This document shows positions 10,395 to 19,151 of a DNA stretch of 64,000 nucleotides, piece by piece. The number at the start of each line of letters is the position of its first letter. Position 1 is the first letter of the stretch. Source of the stretch: Candidatus Hodarchaeota archaeon (GTDB taxonomy: Archaea > Asgardarchaeota > Lokiarchaeia > Sigyniarchaeales > SOKP01); assembly GCA_048887145.1 (NCBI GenBank), contig JBHLKA010000001.1, forward strand, positions 212-64,211, read 5' to 3'. The translations under genes and the position numbers were made by a program. The notes beneath the pieces were generated by a model, which was given only the letters and a program-made list of their open reading frames with translations, made no database searches and was not told the DNA's origin.

Positions 10395-12269
10395 ATGTTC
10401 AGAAGAAAAAAAATTTGTTTATTAGCTATAGGATTGATTTTTCTAATTATTCTAATATCAAATATTCATTATAATTCTGAAAACAGTAAGATTAACGAGG
10501 AAAATATAACTCCAAAATTATCTACAAGTTTAGAAGGAGTAGAGAATATTTTAATTACAGATATGATACGAACTGTAAATATTAGCGGATATGATCTAGT
10601 AAATTTTAAAGACAAATTAACGATTTTAAATCAAAATAATAACCCAATAACTTCAATATTTTTTCCAATACATTTAAACAAATCAAATGATGTAATATTT
10701 TGTAAAGCAACGGGTGAGAGCAAGAATACTCTATTAACTGAAAGAAACTATCTTGTTTTAAATGATTATGAACTAATAGCTATCTATTTTGATTCACCAC
10801 TATTACCCCATCAAAAAACAACTATATCTTTTTACCATTCACTCACAAATTGTCTAATTTATTATACAGAATTAACTGCGGAATATCAACTTGAACAATA
10901 TATCAATATAACAGAATCTATTTTTCCAATTTTACCTTATAAAGCAGAAGGTGGGGAAATCCAGACAAATTTCATATTACCTAAGACCTCAAATGTTATT
11001 TGGTTTGATACAGTAGAGGATCTTGGATTCCCTATCATTGAAACTCACATAGTATATGATTTGACTCAAACTCTTTATTTTGATCGTGTAGACCCATTTC
11101 TAGCAAATTTCAATAAATCTCAACAAGAGGTCTTAATTACTTTTCAAGACAATAGATTTACCAAAATGGAATTCGAAAAAGTCAATCGCGAAATAAATAT
11201 CTCACCATGGGGAATAATTAAAGTTAAAGAGAATTACATATTCCAGAATTTGGGAGCTATTGATATAAGCACTTTCCCATTACATATTCCGTATAGCTCC
11301 AAAAATGTGCATGTGTATGATGATATTGGCAACATTGGTGAAGATGTTGTTTTAGATGATAGTGAGGCATTTTCAAATAAAAAATCATTTATTATTAATT
11401 TAGCTCAAAACAGAGTCCCATTGAAACCATTATCTAAAATCAGTTTTACTGTAGAATATTTTTTAGACATTAGTGATTACAATTCAATAAATTGGTTTCA
11501 AGAATCAATCCAAATCAATTTATTTACAACAACCTTTGATTGGGTAAGTAGGGAACAAACTATTAATGTTGTTGTTCAAGGATGTAATAATTTGGAATAT
11601 GTGTCGCTTCCACCTGATGCAATAATTGATTCTGGAGGTTCAAAAACTTTGGTATATAACTTTAACATTGTAACCTCAATTGAATCTAAAATGATTCAAT
11701 TCACTTTTTCAATTGATCTCTTTGAATTATTACTTAGACCAATTTTAATTTCATTAATAATTGGACTTTTAGCATCAATTTATGTTATTGTAATTAAAAT
11801 CAAAAAAGAAAGAGAAGAAAAATTTGTTACTGAAAAAGTTGAAATTCCTGTAGATGAACTTCGCGAATATTGTTCATTATCAGAGGAAAAAAATGCTTTA
11901 GTTTTAGAAATTAGAAGAGCGGAAGAAGATGCTAAACGAAAAAAAATAGCAAAGAAAGTATACAGTAATCTCTTAAGCAAAAACACTACCAAAATAGAGC
12001 AAATCAAACAAGAATTACTTCCATTTAAAAAAGTTCTAATAGAAACTAGTGAAACTTTTGAAAATACAATCAAAAAATTAGATGTTTTAGATGCTGAAAG
12101 AGAAAGCGTGAATGATAGTCTAACTTTATTAGATAATCGATATAAAAGAGGTAAGTTACCCTCTAAAGCTGCTTATCAAAAACTTCTTGAAGATTTCATG
12201 AAAAGGAGGAGAAGGATTGATAGAACAATAGATAAAAATATTCAACAGTTAAGAAGCTATTTACTATAA
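10395..12269 (+). CDS. Ribophorin I / OST1-like oligosaccharyltransferase subunit homologue
   Basis: It has an N-terminal signal-anchor, a ~430 aa extracytoplasmic domain, one TM ([24 protein letters not shown]) and a ~155 aa charged coiled-coil tail. Remembered human RPN1 motifs are matched. [12 protein letters not shown] resembles [35 protein letters not shown] resembles [34 protein letters not shown] resembles VYYRDEIGNV. Confidence 0.6.
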   Translation: [624 protein letters not shown]

Positions 12270-12303
12270 AAATTATTATTTTTCTCTAAAAGGGTGTTGT
12301 TTT

Positions 12304-12927
12304 ATGAAACCATGGCTATTTGATATTTTAGCATGCCCTATAGATAAACACTTCCCTTTAGAATTATTTATTTTTTCATTTGGGACAAGCGAAGATGAAT
12401 TTCAATTATTTGTAAATAATTATAAGAAAAGAGATTTAGAAATTGTTAAAAAAGAAAATATTATTGAAATATATCGAGAAAATGATAATTTATTTGTCAA
12501 AGATAATATTATCATCGAACAAACTCCCATTCAAAAATACCTTGAGTTAATAAGTTTAAGTATTAACGAATTAGATTTTATACATGATAAATCATCAAAT
12601 AAAGCTAGCAAAATATGTTTCAATATAATTAAAAATGAAATTAAAAAGAAAATTATAAACTATTCTAAAAATATAAAGCTTGACAAGATTGAAACATTAT
12701 TACCGGAATTTATTTTTATAAATAAAATTAAACTCGAAACTGAGATTGAATCAGGTCTTTTATTTTGTCCAAGATGTAAACGCTGGTTCCCCATAAGAGA
12801 CAGCATTCCACAAATGCTTCCAGATGAATACAGAAATGAAAACGAAGAAATTGACTTTTTAAAACTTAATAGTAAATTATTAGGAGAAAAATTTTTTAAA
12901 CACGATTTAAAACCATTTAATATTTAA
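12304..12927 (+). CDS. Trm112-like zinc-ribbon protein with a large internal insertion
   Basis: The N-terminal half-motif LFDILACPIDKH and the C-terminal half LLFCPRCKRWFPIRDSIPQMLPDE form the Trm112 signature. They are separated by about 130 aa. Confidence 0.55.
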   Translation: MKPWLFDILACPIDKHFPLELFIFSFGTSEDEFQLFVNNYKKRDLEIVKKENIIEIYRENDNLFVKDNIIIEQTPIQKYLELISLSINELDFIHDKSSNKASKICFNIIKNEIKKKIINYSKNIKLDKIETLLPEFIFINKIKLETEIESGLLFCPRCKRWFPIRDSIPQMLPDEYRNENEEIDFLKLNSKLLGEKFFKHDLKPFNI

Positions 12928-12959
12928 ACTCTAATGAATTTATTTATTACATAAATAAA

Positions 12960-13032
12960 AGCCCGGTGGTGTAGCGGCCAAGCATATGGGGCCTTGAACC
13001 CCGTGACCACGGTTCGAATCCGTGCCGGGCTA
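12960..13032 (+). tRNA. tRNA-Gln (anticodon UUG)
   Basis: Hand-folded cloverleaf. The acceptor AGCCCGG/CCGGGCU has A1-U72 as in archaeal tRNA-Gln. T arm is CACGG-TTCGAAT-CCGTG. Anticodon arm is TGGGG-CCTTGAA-CCCCG, giving 34-36 = TTG. No CCA is encoded. Position 33 reads as C. Confidence 0.8.
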
Positions 13033-13228
13033 ATATTAGATATAATTTATTTTCTATAGGAAAAAAATATTAACAACTACTTCAACTCAAACTTAATTCA
13101 AAAGGAATTAAATTTAATTAACAAATTTGAATAATAAATTAAGATAAAAAGTTTTGAAGAAATTTAAACTAACAACGATTTTTTCCCTTAATAAAGTTTA
13201 ATTTAGATGTCCTTTTTAAAAAATTAAT

Positions 13229-14179
13229 ATGATAAGCACTGTTAAAAATATTTTAAATCTTTTGCGAATAAGACAGTATTACAAAAATTTATTAATTTTT
13301 GTAGGTTCTTTCTTTGGTGGGAAATTATTAGACATTTCAATTTTACCACTTCTTATTTTAGGCTTTATTATTTTATGTTGCGCATCTTCAATCAATTATA
13401 TTATAAATGATATAATCGATATCAAAAAAGATAAACTACACCCAGAAAAATTAGAAAAAAAAGCCCTCGCTTCTGGAAACCTTTCTATATTGTTTGCCCT
13501 GGTCTTAATGGCATTCCTTTCTGCAGTTATAATAATTTTATTGATATTTTTAATCCCAAATTTAAATTTCATCATCATGCTGGGATTAGTATTTGGAACG
13601 GGACAACTATATAATTATTTCTTTAAAAAGTTTGCATTTATTGATGTTTTAGTTTTAGCATTAATTTACCTATGGCGTGCATTAGCAGGATGCGTCTTGA
13701 TAGATATTATTGTATCTCCATGGTTAATTTTAGCTGTATATGAAGCTGCATTATTTTTGGTTATTGCAAAAAGAAAAGGAGATTTAATATTATTAGGAGA
13801 AGAAAAAGCCAAAGTACATAAAAAAATCTACAAACAATATAACATGAAATTGTTAGACCAATTCCATACCATCACTGCTGCTACAATCTTAATTACTTAT
13901 ACTATGTATTTAATATCTCAATTCTATCTATTCGAAGATTTAAGTTTTTTTTATCAATACTTAATAATATTATCTATACCCACTCTATTTTATATTATTA
14001 TGAGATATATGTTTTTAACAAGAGCGAAACCCGAAATTGCTCGGAGTACTGAAAAAGTAATTTTCGATAAGGGAATCCTTATCGCTGGGTTATTTTTAGG
14101 TGCGATATTCTTTTTTACTTTTTATTATATTGATATAAAGCAGATTCTATATGATCTGTTTAAAATATCTTTACCTTAA
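13229..14179 (+). CDS. UbiA-family prenyltransferase (decaprenyl-phosphate phosphoribosyltransferase-like subfamily)
   Basis: Polytopic membrane protein. It has LRIRQYYKNLLIF at the N-terminus and the NDIIDIKKDKLHP (NDxxDxxxD) motif. Confidence 0.75.
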   Translation: MISTVKNILNLLRIRQYYKNLLIFVGSFFGGKLLDISILPLLILGFIILCCASSINYIINDIIDIKKDKLHPEKLEKKALASGNLSILFALVLMAFLSAVIIILLIFLIPNLNFIIMLGLVFGTGQLYNYFFKKFAFIDVLVLALIYLWRALAGCVLIDIIVSPWLILAVYEAALFLVIAKRKGDLILLGEEKAKVHKKIYKQYNMKLLDQFHTITAATILITYTMYLISQFYLFEDLSFFYQYLIILSIPTLFYIIMRYMFLTRAKPEIARSTEKVIFDKGILIAGLFLGAIFFFTFYYIDIKQILYDLFKISLP

Positions 14180-14206
14180 TTTTTAATTTGAGCTTATTAC
14201 AGAAGA

Positions 14207-15406
14207 TTATTCAACTTGCGAATCCAAATATGATATGGTTTCATAACAAATCCCTAAACATCCATTCAAAATTTTATTTGAACATTTATCTGGAGTATCT
14301 TTTATAGAATGAATATATTTTGAATCTCGATCTGAATGGAAACAGGCTATCTGAAAAAAACTTTTAAGTTTCTTTCCAAAACGTCGAAATGAAGTATAAT
14401 CACCAGCTGGTCCACGCACTTTATCAAATAAATCTAAAGGAATATTTAATCTCTGTGCGGATTGTTGAATTATTTCGTTTAAATTCTTATTAAGTGCTTT
14501 TTTTCTTATTAATCCCTTTTTATTAAATAGTCCTATATATGTACCTACCATATCTATATTAATATTCATAGATTTGTTGAGATCGTATTTATTTTTGAGA
14601 TAATATTTATTTTTTTTTATATAGTTCTTTGAACCCTTCAACCCCCATTCCTCTGCTCCACACCAGATGAATATAACATCATGGTTTTCAAGTGGTTTGC
14701 TTTTTATTAATTTAGCTAATTCAATTAAAATAGAAACCCCACTTGCGTTATCTATAGAACCAGTTGATTTATTTGCAATAAAGAAGAATAAAAAAAGCGG
14801 AATTACTACACTTAAAGAAATTATTGAAACTATACTTACTAAATAAACAAAAATTACATCATACGCGGTAATTTCAAACAAATTTAGTGCTATCCAAATC
14901 GTCACGAATATTGTTAGACCAATATATGGCAAGATTATAATCCTTATTATGAATAATAATATATTTTGAACTTTATACGAGATCCTTGAAGACACAGAAT
15001 CATAATGAGCAGAAAAAATAATAACTGGCCTATTTTTTACCCGTCTTCTAGCTTTTATGGTGGCAATTAGGTTTTTAGATTGTTCTTTTTGTGTAAATGA
15101 AATCTTTCTAGTTTTTTGAAACATGTATTTAATAAAGAAAAAGAGTACAATTACTAAGAATAGCTTAAAAGCAACTAAATAAGCTAATATCATTAAATAA
15201 ATAGTTTTCATTAGATATCTTATTGGACTGCTCCATGCAAAATATTCCAATTTGAAATTAATATTATTATCAAAAAGTTCTTCTTGCATATAATTAACTG
15301 CTTTTGTTTCTCCCACCGTAGCTGCCGCACGATCAAATGCTAAGAAATACACATGTTTAATGGTATCTAACTCATCAATTAGTTTTTGTTCTAACATCAC
15401 ACCCAT
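14207..15406 (-). CDS. M28-family metallopeptidase, membrane-embedded
   Basis: Matches FSAHYDSV, IDNASGVSILIELAKLI and IWCGAEEWGLKGSKNY (M28 zinc ligand motifs). Several TM segments are inserted. Confidence 0.7.
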   Translation of the reverse strand: MGVMLEQKLIDELDTIKHVYFLAFDRAAATVGETKAVNYMQEELFDNNINFKLEYFAWSSPIRYLMKTIYLMILAYLVAFKLFLVIVLFFFIKYMFQKTRKISFTQKEQSKNLIATIKARRRVKNRPVIIFSAHYDSVSSRISYKVQNILLFIIRIIILPYIGLTIFVTIWIALNLFEITAYDVIFVYLVSIVSIISLSVVIPLFLFFFIANKSTGSIDNASGVSILIELAKLIKSKPLENHDVIFIWCGAEEWGLKGSKNYIKKNKYYLKNKYDLNKSMNINIDMVGTYIGLFNKKGLIRKKALNKNLNEIIQQSAQRLNIPLDLFDKVRGPAGDYTSFRRFGKKLKSFFQIACFHSDRDSKYIHSIKDTPDKCSNKILNGCLGICYETISYLDSQVE

Positions 15407-15711
15407 TTTAAGCCAAATTATAATTTATTTGATCCTTTTTAATTTTAATTATTTTAGGCAAAATTTAATTTTTTTTGATTTTAGTATAAGCACTTTCAAT
15501 TATTTTATTATCTATTTTAGAAATTCAAAATTTGAGATATGTGAAGTTTGCCCTAATCAATCTTGTTTAAAAAATCTATAGTATTTATTTTTTGATTATT
15601 TTTACATAAAAACAAAAAAAGGGTAAAACTTATAAGTTTACAAATTAAAAGAAATAATTAACAAATCATCTAAAAAAAATAAAAACTAAAATTATTATAA
15701 GTGATATTTAT

Positions 15712-17523
15712 ATGGAAATGGAAAAGAAAAATGTAGCAATCATTATCCTTGCCATAGCATTAATCGCCTCCGGTGTTGGTAACATTATCCTTGTTCTAGA
15801 GCCGGAATTTGTGCCTCCACCGGGAGTACGGACCCTTTTATTCGGTAATATGTATATAGCAGAAGATATCGACCCTCAATATGCTTGGGATTCTGCTTCT
15901 TTTGATGCGACTATGATGGTATATGAGTGTTTACTTAAGAATAATTTGACTCAAGCTTCCTTAGGACAACCAATGACCTCCTTTCCCTTACTTGCATCTG
16001 ATATGGGTACTTACGATGTAACCGGAACAGAATTAACGTTTAACCTTAGACAGGGGATTACATTCCACGATGGCGCTCAATTTAATGCTTCTGCTGTTAA
16101 ATTCAGTTTTGATAGATTAGCATACTTAATGAATGTTACTGGTCATCCTTGGGGCCCTCTGCCTAATACTAACGTTTATGGAACCATAAGTGTTATCGAC
16201 TCCTTATATAGGTGGGGTGATGGTACACCAATCATTAACCGCACTGAAGTTATCAGTAATTATATTGTAAAGATTATACTAAATAAACCTCATGGTGTAT
16301 TCCGTGCTTTGTTAACATTCCCAGCAGCAGCTATTATGTCACCTGTATCTACACCTCAACTTGATTTCATAGATCCAGCTTTAGCGGGATTAGATCCTTT
16401 AGGAATAATCCCTAATCCTGTTGCTGGAACTGGTCCTATGATATTAGAAAATATAGATACCTACGAAGTAAGATTCTCTGCTTATGAAGATTATTGGCGA
16501 CCCCGAATAGCTATAGATGTCTTAGTACATGTTAAAATTACAGATTCTGATACTAGAAACTTGGCAGTGATGGCTGGTGATGTTGATCTTATACAAGATC
16601 CATTCGATGCTTACCATGCACAAATGAGGACTACTCCAGGTCTTACTCTTTTAGATACTGGAACAACCAGCGCGATCACCTCATATATGGGGATCAATAC
16701 TAGACTTTATAATGTAACCTGGAGAGAGGCGTTTTCATACGCATTCAACTATTCCGCTGTAATTGATGGTATTAAGATGGGTAACGCAGTTAGAATGGTA
16801 TCTCCTGTACCAATAGGAATTAAATGGCATAATGGCACATTTGATTACGCAACTTATGACCTTGCACATGCCAGATCAGTCATGAATAGCATGGGTTTTG
16901 GAGTTGGCTTTACAGATCAAGATTGGATAGACCAGGCGAACGGCCCATCGCCGTTCTTAACTTTGAACTACACGTATAACATTGGTAACCCAATCAGAGA
17001 AGGTATAAGAGATGTAGTGATGGACAATTTCGAAAGAATTGGAGTACTTGTTACGGATGCGGGTGTGACATGGGAGGATTACAAGGATCGATTCTACAAT
17101 AGAAGGACTCCCGGTGTAAGTCACGGCTGGGATTCATTAAATATTTATTGGCTTGGATGGATCCCTGACTATAACGATCCCGAGAACTTCATTAACCCAA
17201 TGTTCAGTAATATTTCATACAGTAACGCTTGTCAAATAAATGATCCTATTTTAGAAACATTAATGGCAGCTGGAATCGAGGAAACCGATGAAGATATGAG
17301 AAGACCTCTTTATATGGCGATGCAAAAACGTCTCGTTGAGGTTCTTATGCCTTTTATGTGGGGCTACCACGAGATTAACTTTGAAGCCTTCAATAGCCAA
17401 CTTAAGGGATGGTGGAGTAACCCAATCTCATATAATGATTTATATGGAGTGTACTGGGAGGGACAACTTAATCCAGGCGAATTTGGATATATGGGAGATG
17501 GACACATACCCTTACCCCCCTAA
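15712..17523 (+). CDS. ABC transporter substrate-binding protein, family 5 (Opp/Dpp/Nik type), membrane-anchored
   Basis: 603 aa with an N-terminal TM anchor (VAIIILAIALIASGVG). SBP_bac_5-like features include LTFNLRQGITFHDGAQFNASAVKFSF and GTGPM. It lies upstream of cognate permeases and ATPases. Confidence 0.85.
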   Translation: MEMEKKNVAIIILAIALIASGVGNIILVLEPEFVPPPGVRTLLFGNMYIAEDIDPQYAWDSASFDATMMVYECLLKNNLTQASLGQPMTSFPLLASDMGTYDVTGTELTFNLRQGITFHDGAQFNASAVKFSFDRLAYLMNVTGHPWGPLPNTNVYGTISVIDSLYRWGDGTPIINRTEVISNYIVKIILNKPHGVFRALLTFPAAAIMSPVSTPQLDFIDPALAGLDPLGIIPNPVAGTGPMILENIDTYEVRFSAYEDYWRPRIAIDVLVHVKITDSDTRNLAVMAGDVDLIQDPFDAYHAQMRTTPGLTLLDTGTTSAITSYMGINTRLYNVTWREAFSYAFNYSAVIDGIKMGNAVRMVSPVPIGIKWHNGTFDYATYDLAHARSVMNSMGFGVGFTDQDWIDQANGPSPFLTLNYTYNIGNPIREGIRDVVMDNFERIGVLVTDAGVTWEDYKDRFYNRRTPGVSHGWDSLNIYWLGWIPDYNDPENFINPMFSNISYSNACQINDPILETLMAAGIEETDEDMRRPLYMAMQKRLVEVLMPFMWGYHEINFEAFNSQLKGWWSNPISYNDLYGVYWEGQLNPGEFGYMGDGHIPLPP

Positions 17524-17567
17524 TGAAGGCGGAGATGCGTTTTAATTAAATAAATAATTAAATTATA

Positions 17568-17580
17568 TTTTTTTTTCTTT
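17568..17580 (+). terminator. Oligo-T tract downstream of the SBP gene (archaeal-type terminator candidate)
   Basis: A T9-C-T3 run sits 45 nt after the stop codon. Archaeal RNAP terminates at oligo-T, but the AT-rich background lowers specificity. Confidence 0.3.
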
Positions 17581-17645
17581 AATTTTTGTCTTATCTTAAA
17601 TTTATACACAAAGATTACAAAAGAGTGAACCAAGTAAATTATTAG

Positions 17646-17663
17646 TGTTCAGATTTCTGAACA
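17646..17663. promoter_or_regulatory. Perfect 8+8 palindrome TGTTCAGA-TT-TCTGAACA (operator or hairpin candidate)
   Basis: Read directly from the sequence. It is about 105 nt upstream of the ORF at 17768 and stands out from the surrounding A/T-only sequence. Confidence 0.3.
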
Positions 17664-17767
17664 GAATAGGTTTAGCATAATTTTAAAAAGTAGGAAATAA
17701 AAGAATTATTTAGAGAAAATATGAAAAAGAAATCTGATTTGGGATTAAATGGCGGAGGTCCATTTTT

Positions 17768-18640
17768 ATGAACCGAAAAACTCTATTTAGAAATCCTCCT
17801 TCCAAATTAAAATCATTTAAAAACGATATTGCTCCGGTTGGATTTTATTTTGATTTATTTACCACTGATCTGTTTAAAATTCCTGTAATGCCAATTCCAA
17901 TGAGAATTGATAAAATATCAAATGGAGAGCCTACTTTATTTATATTTCCAGACTTCATTAAACTAAATAAATTATGTGAAAAATTAGATTTATTTTTAGA
18001 TTTTCAATTGTTTTTCGTTTTAGGGATTAAAAATTTAATAAATTTTACAAAGAACAAATATAAAGAAATAACTTTTCGTCCATTGGATGATAATAAAATT
18101 CGAAAATGGTTTATTAATTCAAAAATAATAAACACAGATATTTCTTTTTTGAATAATGATTTTACGTTTCTAATTTCTGAATTTTTAAAATTGTATTCTA
18201 ATATTAATGCCAATATGGATTTAGAAGAATATCATCCTGACCTAATCAAGTATTGTAACACAATAATTAATTTTTTAAAGGAAAAAATAGAAAATAATAT
18301 ATTGCGCGTTGAAAATGATAATATAATTAAAACAGAAAAATTATATGAGGAAAGAGAAAATAAATATTTTCCTAATATAATAACTATTAAAGTTTATAAT
18401 TCTAACACAAAAAAAATGAAAGAAATGAATTTCATTCCATATTTGATATACGATGATCTGTTTGATTCATTTTGCTATAATAAAAAATTATTGCTTGAAC
18501 ATAATTTTTCACTATTTAATTTACAATCATGGAAAAAAAATAATATAATTAATAACGGATCGAAAACTAACGAAGTTGATTCTGAAAAACTTCTTAAAAA
18601 TATTGATCTAGAAAAATTAGACTTGGGATTGATATTATGA
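17768..18640 (+). CDS. Hypothetical protein (290 aa), extremely AT-rich
   Basis: ORF with an N/K/I/F-rich product and no recognisable motif. It has a 4-nt ATGA overlap with the next ORF. Confidence 0.5.
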   Translation: MNRKTLFRNPPSKLKSFKNDIAPVGFYFDLFTTDLFKIPVMPIPMRIDKISNGEPTLFIFPDFIKLNKLCEKLDLFLDFQLFFVLGIKNLINFTKNKYKEITFRPLDDNKIRKWFINSKIINTDISFLNNDFTFLISEFLKLYSNINANMDLEEYHPDLIKYCNTIINFLKEKIENNILRVENDNIIKTEKLYEERENKYFPNIITIKVYNSNTKKMKEMNFIPYLIYDDLFDSFCYNKKLLLEHNFSLFNLQSWKKNNIINNGSKTNEVDSEKLLKNIDLEKLDLGLIL

Positions 18641-19092
18641 AAAAAAAAATCGAAGTTGGAAGACAATCTAAATATATTTTAGCATGTTTTTTGATTCATT
18701 TCCTATTCTTTGGATATATCTGCAATGTATATGAAAAATCGATTGGAGAGAATATCCTCTTTTTACATAGAGCAATCTTTAATCCTTCTTCATATTTATC
18801 GGCAATTATTTTATTCGCTATCGTTTTTATTACGGTATATAGAGAGAGATTTTTTGAATATGGAATTAGAAATAGTATTTGGTTAATTCTATTTATCATT
18901 TTCGAATCGTGGATATGGTATTGGTTCATTAATGGATTTGATATTCTAATTATTTTTATTTATTTTACAAAATTAGAAACATTACTAACGATACTTTCGC
19001 TATTAGGTATAAATTTGCTATCGGCTTTTCTTGGTGCCAGTTTAAAGCAAAGATATCTAAATTCTCTAAAAAAACTTAAAACAATTTCATAA
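18637..19092 (+). CDS. Hypothetical membrane protein (about 4 TM)
   Basis: 151 aa with hydrophobic segments. It is translationally coupled to the preceding ORF. Confidence 0.5.
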   Translation: MKKKIEVGRQSKYILACFLIHFLFFGYICNVYEKSIGENILFLHRAIFNPSSYLSAIILFAIVFITVYRERFFEYGIRNSIWLILFIIFESWIWYWFINGFDILIIFIYFTKLETLLTILSLLGINLLSAFLGASLKQRYLNSLKKLKTIS

Positions 19093-19151
19093 TCTAAAAA
19101 AAAAATAAAAAAAGGGTTATTAAATAGAAAAATGTGGTGATCTAATAGAAT

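Noticed and set aside
15360-15581. A 73-aa plus-strand ORF in the M28 peptidase/opp intergenic region.
   Set aside because: It overlaps the M28 gene start, its translation is an I/F/N-rich low-complexity string, and it has no ribosome-binding motif. It is likely just promoter-region AT-rich sequence.
17721-17771. A short ATG-initiated ORF (MKKKSDLGLNGGGPFL) ends at a TGA that overlaps the ATG of the 290-aa ORF. I considered it as a possible Sec (UGA) read-through given the Sec machinery in the window.
   Set aside because: The TGA (17769-17771) is in a different frame from the downstream ORF (ATG 17768), so read-through would not join them. There is no Cys/Sec redox motif context.
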